DNA of 60,310 nucleotides, the filler included, from Blastocystis sp. subtype 4 (taxonomy: Eukaryota), in NCBI RefSeq assembly GCF_000743755.1. It is 6 parts of 6 records of this genome, joined end to end, with 100 filler letters (N's around TTAATTAATTAA, not from the genome) between each part and the next. Parts side by side here need not be neighbours in the genome. Positions count along the whole stretch, not along the records: positions 20,204 to 30,174 come from NW_014569207.1; positions 30,275 to 40,245 come from NW_014569206.1; 4 more parts are not named here. The stretch is one strand, 5' to 3'. The notes under the pieces were generated by a model. That model saw only the letters and a program-made list of their open reading frames with translations. It did no database searches and had not been told where the DNA came from. Shown here one piece after another: positions 24,161 through 38,077 of the stretch (its first letter is position 1; each line of letters opens with the position of its first letter). A program made the position numbers and the translations under genes.

Positions 24161-25839
24161 TTAATGATTTCGCAATATTCTTTTCGTATTGCTTCTTTCA
24201 TTCCGATGGTTTTCGGGGGTTTTCACCAAATGCCTGAATCTGCAAATTCTCCCTTCTTGGTTACGTCTGCACATCGAAGAGTTCTCAAAATCAAAACATA
24301 GTTTTTCATTTGGTTTCGAGAAAGGATTAACATCCCCTTCCATACATGGGGTTAGATTCCATAATGTTACCTCTTCTTTTGATAGTCTACAATGAAGATA
24401 TAGAAGGGCAATTCGTTCTGGGTGACAAAACACTAGATGGCGATAGTAACAACGTTTTCCTTGCGCCTCCAAACTACATCTGAATTCACTCCTATTCTCC
24501 ATTTCTTACATTCCATTAAGATTATAATCCATACATAATGGAGCACTACGTGAAGCATATGGATTCAATTCTCCACAGCGCTTTCCACAACCCGGCATAT
24601 TAGCCACAAAATAAAGATTTCCAACACGTTTGACTAACGAGATTGGAATCTACATATGATCGGTGATCATGATATCAACCTTTCCTCTTATCATCTGATC
24701 CACAATAGCATCGATATGATCAGGAGGGAGATGACGATACTTACACCCTCCGGTCATCTCTCGCATACATGTCCCAGAATTCAGATAGTCATAACAAAGC
24801 TCTGCATTGGCTAGAGCATGTGGATTCAGTTCAATAGTAGTGCAAATTATCCAAACAGGAAGAGTATCAATATTATAACCGCGAGAAACACCAATAAGGT
24901 ACTGAAGAAATTGGTTATTCTCTTCTACGATGAATCTGTTGCTTGAATCCTACCATCACTATTAACTTGAGTATGATAAGAAAACGTAGATCCTTGCTGA
25001 GAGATGGAAGTTGATTTATCTGTTGAAGATACTGTATCCTTAGTAAACTGCTTCGTCTGGCTGTCCTGTAGCGACGAGATACTATTATCAGAAAGACTGT
25101 CTGTTAGAGGATGAAGATTGAACGATAATTCAGATGAAGAGAGATCTACCGTATCCTCACTCAGCTCTGGAGATTGTTCGGAGTGACAAAGAGCAAAAGG
25201 ATGGTCCAGTGCTGGTATATCCAAGTTGTTCACCTCAGGACTCTGCGATTTCGAGAAATGCATAATTCGTGATACATCCTGAGATGGTCCTTGCCCTAAT
25301 CGTACTCCACCTCGTTTTCCTGACCCAGCATGGAATAGAGCGGGAATATCCTCTAGAAGTAAGTCTTCGATAAACGGATTTGCAGTTTTTCTCGACACAA
25401 AGGAAGGCTGCGGAAAAGATTTTGGGCGCTGACTTTCATTGATAGGATATCCTAATTCTTGCTGGTTTTCATCGATAGAATCTACTTCTTCTCGTCCTTC
25501 ATCGACAGAATTTAGTACTTCTTGACATCTTCCATTCAGTTTCACTTCGTATTCATCTGGGTCAGAACTCGCAGTTATGAAATCACCTGGAATTATGATT
25601 ACATCTGAGAGATCCGAAGGTAAGAGAGATAACGTGATGCTGTCTTCATTGAATACTTCCGATCTGAGTGATACACGTGAAGGAGAACCCCACTTAGGAT
25701 CTAATATTCACTATTGGAACTCTGTTATACCGTTGTTAGAGTTCTTCCATCGGATGCCATTATCAACAGCATCATCACAAACATGGACGTCTTCATCCCG
25801 TCCCAAGTGCCAATTACCGCAGGAACATCTGGTATCCAT
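24161..25839 (-). CDS. Multi-CCCH zinc-finger protein with Ser-rich N-terminus (5' end uncertain)
   Basis: LCYDYLNSGTC...CKYRH, LCMDY..C...CYYRH, LCFDFENSSMC...CRFRH repeats. Confidence 0.7.
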
Positions 25840-26237
25840 ATAGTTCTCCTTGGAATGCGAATAGCTCGGCAAGCCACAATGGCCAATTATATTTCTTGAA
25901 CTAGCTTTACAGCCTTTGTCTCTGCTTCCACTGATACACTTTCCACATGTAGAATGACTAGAGTAAGATCAACCCAAAACTACACATACTAAGAGAGCAT
26001 TCTACAGAAGGCGAGAAGAAAAGAAATGAGAATAATATAAGATCTTTACTAACTAAAATTGTAACAGTAAATGTCTAGCGAATCTAATAGGAGAAATTCA
26101 TAATGTGATGACCTAATGACGCTGCCTTATCATTTTATTGGTGTTGATCAAAAATATTATCTTTGCAAGAATTTGTTAAGTAAAAATAAAAGAAAGTATT
26201 GTCATTACTTTATATTCTTAATTTGAAACTTGGTTTC

Positions 26238-27419
26238 ATGGAGTCTGACTATCATTCCTTGAGTGCACTCTCGGTTATCGAAATCAAGGAAGCACTAAAT
26301 AAGAAGCAAATTGATAATGTTGGAATCTATGATAAGGAGACATTGATCAATCTTGCTAGTGGCAAGCAATCATCTATTGATCTTAAAGCTCAGATTCCGT
26401 CATCCTATCTCCAGTTATTTGAAGTAGGAACTTGAACAGTAATGTGAACTAGTTGGAAAACAAGCGAAAGAAAGAAGCAGAAGACCGTATTAAGGGATAT
26501 TTACAGCAGTTGAAGAAACGAAAAACCATAGATGAAAGGCCTGTTGTTCGACAGTGAGAAGTAAGGATTCTCGTTTATGGATAGAAATAAAGATGAGCGT
26601 TTGCTTGCTACCGTTGTTGAGAATATGCCAGCTCGATACAAGAAAGAAGAGGTCTGTATATGGTTGTTTTGTTTGATAATGACTAGTGAAATTCCTGTCT
26701 CGTGCAGGAGAAGTAAAGGACTTCCAGATGTAACTGATTCGATCTTGGATGATATGTAGGCTTGAAATTAATGATACAACCATCAATCCACGACTTCAGA
26801 CACGGACAATTCTTGTCCAATACGGTTCGAAGAAGGATGCCAAGAAGTGTAAGAATCTTGTATGTTTAGTGGTACAATATAACCTAGTTTCATGGACTTG
26901 AAGTTACCAAAGGTATCCATTTAGTTGTGATGAGAGAAACCACCATGCCGAAACAAATGTTATTGGAGAATGAAATGAAAGAACTAGCTACTGCTGGATT
27001 AACGATTGTTACTCTGCTAAATATGTTTACAGCAGAGAATGTAGCAGATCGAGGTAACTCTGTGGCCAATAGTTTAGGGTAGAATATATGCAAGATATGA
27101 GAGAAGATGTTGAGGAGCAGTGCTCTCAATATGGGAAGATTACAGGACTAGCAATAAATGAGCAAGATCGCACTGTTTTGATTCGATATTCATCAGAAGC
27201 AGAGGCAGTCAAGTGCAAGAGTATTCTGGATGGTAAATTGTTTGATGGGCGAAGAATTACTGCACAACTTTCTAAAGATGAATACGTATGTTTAACTATT
27301 GTTTACGAATTAAGGCCCAACCAGTACAACAAACAAAAGGGGATGATGAATTACTTAGCGGATTCTTGGCATCAATAGCAGAGGAAGAAGCAAAATTGAA
27401 AGTGGAGTCAATGAAGTAA
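26238..27419 (+). CDS. RRM/UHM-domain splicing-factor-like protein
   Basis: VTLLNMF...DMREDVEEQCSQYGKI...LIRY...LDGKLFDGRRITA (U2AF-homology RRM); TGTTTGTT downstream. Confidence 0.7.
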
Positions 27420-27447
27420 AGATTCTGTTTGTTATCATTGAGCTATA

Positions 27448-28821
27448 ATGGAGAACCGTAGAAATTCAATGATTCCTTCAGATTATTATTCGATGAAGGC
27501 ACTGATCCTAGTTGGCGGATTTGGGACTCGACTTAGACCCTTTTCTTTTACCAAACCAAAGCCTCTTGTGGAGTTTTGCAATCTGTAGTTGATCATGAAT
27601 TATGTTATATGCAGTCCCATTGTATTCTACCAGCTTCGTGCACTTTCGCAAGTTGGAGTGAAGCAAGTAATTCTTGCTGTGAGCTACATGCCACAGCAAA
27701 TGGTTGAGGCTATTCCTTTTGTCAAAGAGCATGTAAGAGACTTTATTCCATTTGATCAATAGTACGGAATCGATATTATTATTTCGGTAGAAGATACTCC
27801 TATGGGAACAGGTAGAAACGTAGATCTTTGATAATTTGCAGCTGGTCCAATTGCTCTAGCCAAGAAGTATCTTGAAGATGATGACCTGTTTTTCGTTTTT
27901 AACAGGTACAGAAAACTGGGATAATCACACTTATAGTGATGTATCTTGTACGTATCCACTTCAGAAATTGGTTGACTTTCATCGAAAGCATGGAAAGGAG
28001 GGAACAATTGTTGTAGGTACTATAGGTGCGATTAAGTTAAGGTGACAACAGTTACGGATCCATCGAAGTATGGAGTCGTTGTTGCTGATGAGAGTGTACT
28101 TTTTTGTTTTCTACTTCATCTCTAGGGCTTGATTGATCGTTTTGTTGAGAAGCCGAAGGAGTACGTCGGAAATCATATCAATGCAGGTATCTACATCTTC
28201 AACACATCGATGATCAAGAGAATTCCGGTGCGAATCATGAGTGGAAGTCATGTATAGAACAGGCCAACCTCCATCGAGCGAGAAATATTCCCAGTTATGG
28301 CTGAAGAGAAGCAGCTCTACAATATGGTGTTGGAAGACTTCTGGATGGATATTGGCCAGCCTAAGGATTACATCGCTGGAACGGGTCTGTATCTGGAGTA
28401 CATTCACAAACAGACGGAATCGGTGAATGAGAGTACGTTTATTTCAGGTCCTGGAGTCATTGGGAATGTTCTTGTGGTAGGAATGAAGTAATGGATTTGA
28501 TTGTAGCACAACCAAGCGAAGATTGGCAAAAATGTGAAGATTGGTCCAAATGTGGTTTTGGGAAAGAATGTTGTGATTAAGGACAATTGTGAGATTTCCA
28601 ATTCTACGATCATGGAAGGATCAATTGTGGATGAAGGATGTTGTATTCGCGATTGTATTGTGGGTTGGCACAATCATATGTCTCCTCGAGTTTGTTTGGA
28701 GCGTACTTATACGGGAGATGATGTGAAGATCAAATCTGACATAGAGTTAGCTGACTATATTGTATTACCGAATAAAACGGTAGCTGAGTCCAACCCTGTA
28801 GTGAAAAAAGTGATTATGTGA
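27448..28821 (+). CDS. GMPPB: Mannose-1-phosphate guanylyltransferase (GDP-mannose pyrophosphorylase)
   Basis: [57 protein letters not shown], hexapeptide repeats; alternative ATG at 27493. Confidence 0.95.
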
Positions 28822-28840
28822 CTTGTTTCTTTCAAACACT

Positions 28841-30085
28841 TTAGTACCCATTCTTAATCCTCCTCAATTCTTCCTGACAGCGTCGAAGTTCTTGATGATC
28901 ATGTTCCATCTGTTCATGCATTCGTTGATACCGCATTCCAACTACAGGCATCTGTTTCACAACAATATCATCTAAACGTTGCAAAACCTTTGCCAAGTCA
29001 CTCCATTCCACAGGAGGAGTGTCATTAACAACATGCATATGAACAGCTAGACGCTGAATCAGAGGACGAATCGATTCGATTGCCGTTCTCTCGCTCCAAA
29101 TCTCAGTATATTTCTTCTTCAATTGCAGATACTCCGAATTCAGTTTCTGAGATCGACGACATGTCACTTCCAGCTGATTTCTCATTCGTTCATATGGATC
29201 CAACACATGATCACATGCATCTCCTACTAGTCGATGGAGATATTGATCAGCACAAGACAGAACATCATTGAGATGAACATCACTTGGTTTCTGCAGAGAC
29301 GAAACTAATAAGGTCAGCTTTTCGTGGGTTGGAATATCTTTTAGTGACGTCAGATTGGGATTGATGTGAAGGAGTTCCTCATCGATTTGTGATTCAAGGT
29401 GATTTACATAATCTGTAATGAATTCCAATTGATTATGATCTCGTAAATAGATCTCTTGAAGTTCACCATTGTCTGGCTGAGAATCGGTCGCCTTCTTTTC
29501 AGCAACAGGATTTGATGTCTGTAAACGTAATTTGTTAATTTCCAACTCCAGCCTCTCTTTCTCTTCCTTTATCCTCTCCAATTCTGATCCAGAACCAACA
29601 ACCCAATTCTCCTTTTCTTGGGTCAGCTGGATCAATTCAAGCTTTGTCCGATTTAGTGCTTCCTTCAAACTCTGATTCTCTTCACCCAGTTTTCGAATTT
29701 GTTCAACGGACTGCTGCTGAATGCTCAAATAAGATTCCTTCTCCTCTCCAACTTTATTATTGAGGTCTGAATGCTTCTTCTTTGTTAATTCCAGTTCTTC
29801 ACTCAACCGGTTGTTTTCTTCTTTCAATATGTCATTTTGTGTTCTGTACTCCTCTAATTCCTTTTTCAGATCCTCGTAATCCTCAGTTCCAATTCCATGG
29901 CTTTCTGACTCTTGTGCATTTGCCTGCAGATGTTGAATCTCTGTCTCTATTCATTAATATCACTCACAAGAGGATCTACCCAAGTCCCCATTTCTCTGCA
30001 GGAGAGTCTCGATAAACCCTGCTTGTGCCGTTATACACAAGTCCATCATATCTTCCTCCATTTCTGATCCATTCATCAGAGTCAT
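28841..30085 (-). CDS. Coiled-coil protein of unknown function
   Basis: 328-aa E/K/Q/L-rich ORF plus upstream exons; TAA followed by TGTTTGAA. Confidence 0.65.
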
Positions 30086-30274
30086 TATGTTCAATCACCC
30101 TTTGTTTCTCCAAACAAACAAGACAATGAAACAGAGTACAACATCACCAACGTTTATTGGTATCTGGCCATCCANNNNNNNNNNNNNNNNNNNNNNNNNN
30201 NNNNNNNNNNNNNNNNNNTTAATTAATTAANNNNNNNNNNNNNNNNNNNNNNNNNNNNNNNNNNNNNNNNNNNN

Positions 30275-30416
30275 GTTCAAGTGGGGAGCGAAGAAACTGA
30301 ACTATGTGGTATTGATGAAAGTAATCTATCACGAATAGACATTGTTGAAGAAGTATGCTCCGTTGATGGCCTTAGCTATTTTTGTTGTAATGGTTCTCTA
30401 CTTCCGTTTCCGGTAG
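30275..30416 (+). CDS. SEC22: Sec22-like R-SNARE, C-terminal fragment
   Basis: FKWGAKKLNY-TLLKKYAPLMALAIFVVMVLYFRFR-stop (tail anchor). Confidence 0.65.
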
Positions 30417-30480
30417 ATTATTGGGTCTAAGTGTTTGTTACTAGTATCTTAATTCTATCCTTCTTTGACTAGTTCATTCA

Positions 30481-32377
30481 ATGAAAGACTGTTATAAGTC
30501 TCTACTGTCTGAATTGCCTCTGATATTGGTTGCTGTCTTCTATGTTGGTTTTTTGCTTTCCTTTGATTTCCAGATTGTTCTATGCCCGTTTACAAAGGTT
30601 GAGGAAAGCTTTAATGTACAAGCTTCGCACGACCTCCTGTATTATGGTCTAGACGTTTCGAAATACGATCATATCGATTTCCCTGGAGTTGTTCCAAGGA
30701 CATTTATTGGCTCTATTATCATTTCGTATGAATTTGGTCTTATGCATGATCCGTTAGTTGGATTAGTTTTCCGTTCGTCAGAGTTCTTCAACTTCTGAAT
30801 GAACCCAAATTCTTTTCTTTGATTTGTAGTCTTTGTTTTTGTGTTTGAAGTCATAGGCATCCGAACAGTACTAGCAATACTTAACTGTATTGGTATCCAT
30901 CGTTTGCGAAAAGCTCTAGTCGGCAAGTATGGAACTACAGCAGGTTATTGTTTCATTCTAATCTGCTGCACTCAGTTCCATTTAATGTTTTATCTTGGTC
31001 GCCCTCTTCCTAATACTTTCGCTATGGCAATTGTCTCATACGCTTTTGGTTGTTTTCTGGATGCTGTATTCGTTATCTCTTTGGTATGTTCCTTAGGAGT
31101 ACTCCAAATTCATCTGTTTATTGACCTTCTGTTGTGTGGTGATTCGATGTGATACACTTGTACTATTTGCTCCATTCCTTCTATTTCTTCTCTTCACAAA
31201 CCGTGTTCCCTTTCTTCGAATGGTTGTTCTTGGTGTTCTTGCTGGAGTTTCATCGTTGTTGTTAAGTGTATCTGAGAATGTATTCTATGATTCATAGTTC
31301 ATTGTGGACAGCTATTTCTGGCGCAAACCCCTTGTCCCAGAACTTGTAGTTCTATTTTATAATACTGTTTTGAATAAGAGCTCCAACTGGGGAGTAAGTG
31401 ATGTGATTTGAAGTGATATTTAGACGCAACCTTTCAGATGGTATGTGACTTCGGTAATACCACGATTATTTTACAATTGTATCGTGTTTATCCCTCTGGC
31501 ACTCTTTCCTGGGTTGTCTACCATGATAACATCTCCATGGAAATCAATGAGTTGGAGAATTGAAACGACTTGACTTCTAGAAGCCTTGTGGAAAGCAACT
31601 CAGAATGATCGGCCTGATAATAGTATGAAGGCTGTTGGAAGTCATATACATCGAGCTGTATCGACGATTCTTCATGTAGATCCCATTATTACTTCCATTC
31701 TCTTTCCCTTATCAGCATTTGTTCTCTTGTATTCGTTTCTTCCTCATAAGGAGTTACGATTCCTTCTCATTATGGTTCCAGTTGTTAATGCTTGTGCAGC
31801 TGGTAAGATTGAATGATTGGAATGACATTTAGTTGGATTTGCTCGTATCTGGTCTCAGAATTCCCAGAATGTATGGAGACTCTTCATTCTCTTTATCTAT
31901 GCTGTGATGATGTAGCCTTGATTTCCAAGGAGTTACATGTAGGATGATGTTGACAATCATCTTCATTGTCCCTTCATATAACAACTATCCAGGAGGATAT
32001 GCTATGAAGAAGATGAATGTGATTCTATAGAGAAGAAATAATGAATAGGAGATAATCCTGAAGGATATTGCTGAGGGAGTTTTTTCATATCCTCCTTCAG
32101 TTCACATTGATGTTTATTCTGCCCAAACAGGTAGGGGAAAAAACAGGTTTGAATGGAAGGTATCTCTCGGTATCTTGAAGTTCCTGGAATCATCTACAAT
32201 AAGACGGAAGAGTTGACTGACTTTTCTTCCTTCAATTATCTGCTAACGCATAATATAACAGAAGCAGGAAATATGTTTAGAGTAATTGGGAAAGAATCAT
32301 GTTTTGCTTCTATTGATTGGAGACATGCTAAGATACGTCTGGATAGCTGTATCTACTTGATGAAAAGAATATATTAG
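30481..32377 (+). CDS. ALG12: Dol-P-Man alpha-1,6-mannosyltransferase
   Basis: [62 protein letters not shown]. Confidence 0.93.
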
Positions 32378-32407
32378 TTGGTTAACCATTTTGTTAACAA
32401 ACACAGA

Positions 32408-35400
32408 ACTCACTAAATCGTTGCAACTTTGCCATTGATTGATCTAAGTCCCTTCGAATCTTTTCTCTCTGATAATAGATAGGACAATCTTTGTTCCCAC
32501 AAATGATTACTTGGTGCAGGCTATTCTGACAACGCTGACAAGTTGACCACAGTTCGCAATATTGACGCTGTTGTAGTTCCACTTGCATACTTGTCTGAAT
32601 GTAATAGGCACTCTCGTATTGCTTGCAATTGCTGCAAACAGCTCCAACCTTGATAGGACACTTACACTTTAAGCAAGTATTCTGTTTCGATAGGAACCGT
32701 CCAATCTTAGAATTCTCAGTAACAATCACCTTTTTCACATTCATATGATCACCTCGGAATAGTCCTTTCAATGTACTTTCAGCAAGAACTGCTTCAAAGA
32801 TACGTTCAATAGGACCTCGAAGTTGATGTTCCAGATACCAATCCACATCAATAACCAAGTTATTCTCAAGTACATAGATTGGATCTTCACTCTTCATATA
32901 GGCCTGAGCATTCTTCTCTTTCTGAATAATCACATATGGGACACGATCTCCCACTTTAGGAGCACTACCTGGATCTCGTTTTGCCATTCGTTCTGCCAAC
33001 TCCACATGTGCTGCTCTTGTCTTGTATCCTCCTTTCGTTCCTTCGCTTTTCTTTCCCAAAGCCTTGGTAATAACTAACAATGAGATATCAATCTGATTCT
33101 GAAGAAGAGCAGATAGAGTATTCTTTACATACTCAACAGCATCCTCGGGTGAACGATCAATCAACATCTTCTTCAAACATGTATCAACTAGAATTCGTAC
33201 CAAACGGCAGTTATCTCGACGTACAGTTTCAATTCCTTTAGCATCCAATTTATCCCATTTTTCTGGATTTGTCCAAAATAGTCCTGCATATCGTTTCTTG
33301 TTCATTAGTAAGTATGGATAATAGACCTTCTCAAATTCGAGACGGACTGGATCAGGAAATTTCGTTGATACTAGAGCTGCTGCTTCTCGACCCAATTTCA
33401 TTGCTTCTTCAACTGTTTCAACCCCAAATTTGACCATAACCGAATCTGTATCTCCATACACAACTACAGCATCGTGTTTGAATCCATTCTTCATTGTATA
33501 GTGTTCCATTACGGTCTTTTGAGTCATATCAATCATCATACGACCATAAGCAGTAATCGAACGAGAAATGGCCAGCAATGGAAGTTGACCTTTGGTGGCT
33601 CCTGTGAAACCATACACAGAATTAGCACTCACTTTTAAGGCTAACTGACGACCATTCTGAACTGCCTTCTTTAATGGGTCTGTTTCCTTTGCCATATCTC
33701 GTTTGGCTACTTTTCGAGCTGCTAAAAGTTCGCGAAGAATGATAGGAAGAACACCTTCACGTTCACTCTTCTTTACAAAGCGTTCTCCCGTGGGAGATAC
33801 TTCTACTCGATCTTCATCAATCTCATATCCACGAGGAATGATAGTAGAATAACAGATATTGTGGGCAATCATGATTGAAGGATACAGAGAAGCAAAATCT
33901 AATGTTGCAATAGGCTCCTTGTAGAATCCTTTCTTGGGCTCAATCACTGTAGCTCCTTCATATTGCTGTTCTTGCTGGATTTGATCAAGTGTAGGAATGA
34001 TGTAACCAAGTTGGAGACCTTTTCGATGAAGCATTGAAAGTACTTTGATTTGCTGACCACGAGAAAGAAGAAACTTCATTGGTACTCCAGTAACACGAGC
34101 CATTTCAACTTGATTGATGATAACATTCAGTTTATCGAGAAGAAGTTGAGGGAGATGAGCATCCTTAACACAATATGAAGCAATACGTTGTCGAGTGAGT
34201 TCATCTCCATGATATAATTCTTTGATTTGATCGTAGCGTACATCTTCCTTATGTTGGCCAAGGAATTCACTACTAACATTATTCAAGGAATAGCTGGAGA
34301 GTTTGTATTCACGTCGAATGAACTGAAGGAGATCGAATACAAGTCGACCTGTAATACTTGTCTCAATATTCTCATGAGTTCCATAAGCAGATGAAGAAAA
34401 TGTTGTGTTTTCACTTCTTGCCTTTTCTCCTTTGATTCTACCTAACAAAGCAAAATCCGTGACTTTTAAAACTTTCGCTCTCTTCATAAGGTAATCGATA
34501 TCGAAATTCTGAATATTGTATCCAGTGATGATATCAGGATCACAAGCTATTATATATTTGGACCAATCATATAACATTTCTGCTTCATCTTCATATGAAT
34601 ATACAGCCACACCAGGAATGGATGCACATGATTGCATTGTGAATACAGATTTGAATAATGGCTCATTTGAACCCTACTATTCATCATATCCATCATTTTT
34701 ACTTGTTCTGTAATGACATTTGCTATGGTAATCACTGCATCTCGTTCAGGTTCCGGAAATCCTCCTTTTTCTGCACAACACTCAATATCAAATGAGAAAA
34801 CACGATAAGGAGCGATATGAGAGAAGTCACCTTCCGTGGGATGGGAGATCAAATCTTGATACATCACATCCAGTTCGTATTGACAAATTGATTGCTACTC
34901 ATCATCTCGTCAACAAATCAATACCTTTTTCTCTTCTTCTACACACAGATAATTCCCTGCATTCACCTGTAGCCAATTACAACCTACAATCGCATTATCG
35001 ACCATAAAACGCAATATAAATGGCAATTTGGCCTCATAGATCTCGTGCTTATACATATCGATTCCCTCAATGACTGGCTTGGAAAGTGGATTTCCATTGA
35101 TTAAACGTTCTTGTTCTCGCTTGCAGTAATTCTTAAATTCTGAAGCTTGAATTCCTCTCTATCAGATGAACCAGGCCAAGAATATGTACGGATAGGAGGG
35201 ATCGACAGGTGGGAACATCACCAGGAAATTGCATAGTGACCTTCATATATTCCTCTTCGTCTTCATGAAAGAAATAAATCGACCGACGTTTTGCTACCTC
35301 GACATCTACGATCTTTCCCCTTGGTTTCTTGCTTTCTTCACTCAATTTTGACGATACATAAGCAATCCAATCTTCTTTGTCCGTTTCAATATCGAAATTG

Positions 35401-35897
35401 GGATGCTTACTGATAAAGAAGTAGAAATGAAGGATTCATTCTGTACAATATCAATTTGGATATATAAGGCATAAAGTTGTGAGCATTGACACAAACACTG
35501 TATCCTTCTTTTGTAATACCAAAGAATCGAACAACAGGCGAGGGGTCCTATTTATGATATCGGAAAAAGAATGGTACACTAGTGTCATCGAGACTCAAGG
35601 TATTACCATCAATTCGCTTCATTTTTAAACCATCATATCTATATCCATCAAATGCAACATCCCAATAACCTACAGATCCACATCGATCCACTCAAAGACA
35701 ATGGAGTCCTTTTGGTCCGAAATAGTCGGTCCGCGACCACGAACAATGGACTTATTACTGAGAAATCGATTTCCGGATTCCTGATATGTGTCATGCTGGT
35801 TCTTCTGTTTAGCCCTAGATATGGAAGAAAGAAGTAAATATGACCTTTTTGGTGTTTCTACAGTTACCTCATCACTCAAAGATCGTTTCTGCGACAT
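32408..35897 (-). CDS. POLD1: DNA polymerase delta catalytic subunit
   Basis: FDIEC, GYNIQNFD, LDFASLYPSIM, QLALKVSANSVYGFTGA, YGDTDS, CysA/CysB motifs; genomic TAA at 32394 but polyA-created stop predicted at 32408. Confidence 0.97.
35421..35463 (-). other. AT-AC (U12-type) intron in Pol delta
   Basis: ATATCC...TCCTTCATTTCTAC; removal restores HNFMPY-FFISK (family HGFxPYFY). Confidence 0.75.
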
Positions 35898-36232
35898 TTG
35901 ATTATGACAAAAACCGGGCAATTAATCCCTTTCCCGCCAAGAACTATTATTAATTGAGTTTCTCAAGAACAAGTATCTATCGTTTGCTTAAGGCGGTTAC
36001 GTGAACAAATGGTGATTGCATGTACATGAATCAATGGTCATTCCAATCATAGGATCAGTCTTCTCCTGTTGTGTAGGTAATCAATATGTGTTTTTAATAA
36101 ATAAAGAGGAATGAGAGGATCCAACAAATATTAGGAATCACCCGAATAGTTACTATTTTCGTTCTAAGGGCGTTTCAGCTGTTGGTTGAAAGAGGCGTGG
36201 AACATAGAATAACCCCATTCTAAATCCTTCAC

Positions 36233-38036
36233 ATGTTTTTCAAATTTGCTACAGTGTCAAAGCAGGGAATTGCCTCAGTAGTGTACTGTTTCGTTGAGAC
36301 GTTGACAGGTAGTCGTGTAACTCGTTGCAGTAATGCTGTTTCTTATCAAGTGATGCGTTTGTTCTCCTCTTCTCTTCCTGAGCACGTAAGTGTTACCATG
36401 CCTGCTTTGTCTCCTGTTTGTTTTGGCTCTTTGTATCATTGAATAGACGATGACACAAGGAGGTATTTCTTCGTGGAATGTGAAGGAAGGAGATGCTGTT
36501 CAACCTGGTGATGTACTTGCTCAAGTAGATACGCATTATTTCGTTCACTCTAGATTTCTACAGATAAGAGTACACTGGACTTCACCACGCAGGAGGAGGT
36601 GAGGAAGATGGCAGTGAATGAGTTCTAGGGTTTTGTGGCCAAGATTCTGATGCCTGAAGGAAGCGAGAATGTGAACATTGGCGAACCTATTGCAATTATT
36701 GTGGGAGTTGTCAATCGGAATGATGATTAGGTGGAAAATAAGGATGATATTGCAGCATTTGCTAAGGTCACAAAGGATTCACTAGAAGGAAATGAGACTG
36801 CTCCTGCTCCGGCTGCTACCCCTGCCTCTACAGAAGCTGCTTCTGTTACTCCTGCTCCAGTTGCCGCTGCTGCCCCAGCTACACCGGCTCCTGCTGCTAC
36901 TGCTCCAGCTGCTACTACTACTCCTGCTGCTACTACTCCAGCTTCATCAGTGATTCTTTTCTTTCTCCTTCACTCTAGGACCGTGTCTTTATCAGCCCTC
37001 TTGCAAGGACTATTCTGCGTGAAAGCGGTGCTAAGGTTGATCTGAACACTGTGAAAGGAACTGGTCCAAGTGGTCGAGTGGTGGCTAAGGATATTCTTGC
37101 AACTCTGTCTGCCAATGCTCCTGCTACTGGCGTTGTTGCTGCTTCAACTCCTGTGACTAGTGTGGGCCCTTATGAAGATGTGGCAGTGACTCCTATGCGT
37201 AAGATCATCAGTACTCGTCTCACCGAGTCAAAGCAAACGATTCCTCATTATTACGTGAATCAGAACTGTTATGTAGACGAACTGCTGAAGGTCATTGTAT
37301 TGATGTGCTCTTATGATTAGCTGCGTGCAAAGCTTAACAAGGATATCAGTACAATACGTACAGCCACTTCATCTGATAAGCCTCCTAAAGTAACAATTAA
37401 TGATTTCATTGTCAAGGCATGTGCAATGTCTCTGCGTGAGATGCCTGAAGTCAATTGCAGTTACATCAACAATATGATGCGTCATTATAAGACTATTGAT
37501 ATTAATGTTGCTGTATCTGTATCTGATGGTAGGATAAGTACTTACTCTACATTATAGGACTCATCACACCTCTTCTCCGTGATGTGGACAAGACTGGTTT
37601 GTTGACATTAAATACCACTATGAAGGATTTGATCACCAAGAGTAAGGCAGGCAAGTTACTGCCTGAGGAATACGCTGTATGAATTGTCTTGTCTCGTAAT
37701 CTCTAGTCAGGAAGTATGACAGTGAGTAATCTTGGCATGTACAAGATTCCCAGCTTCTCGGCTATTATCAACCCTCCTCAGTCCTGTATTCTTGCTGTTG
37801 GTGGCTTGCAGAAGGTTGTTGTTCCTGATGAGGGTACGATCTTACAGGCCGTCTCATGTATAGCTGACGAAACCAAATTTGTTGTTAAGAACATGATGTC
37901 ATTGTCGTTGAGCTGCGATCATCGTGTTATGGACGGTGTGATGGGAGCCAACTTCATTAACACTGTGAAGAAGTACTTTTGAATCGTTGGACTTACAAGT
38001 AGATATCTCGAGAACCCAATGCTTCTCTTGCTTTAA
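36233..38036 (+). CDS. DLAT: Pyruvate dehydrogenase E2 (dihydrolipoamide acetyltransferase), MRO-targeted
   Basis: MPALSPTM, lipoyl TDKS, Ala/Pro linker, GTGPSGRV, SKQTIPHYY, SNLGM, LSCDHRVMDG. Confidence 0.95.
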
Positions 38037-38077
38037 TCTCCTCTATCTTTGTTTGTTTCCTATAATCGTTCAACGCA

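Noticed and set aside
30113..30174. Minus-strand TGTTTGTT as another polyA-created stop
   Set aside because: A normal TGA (GWPDTNKRW*) lies upstream in one frame, and cleavage gives no stop in the other frame checked
35490..35510. GTATCCTT U12 donor-like motif on the plus strand
   Set aside because: Antisense to Pol delta coding sequence; coincidental
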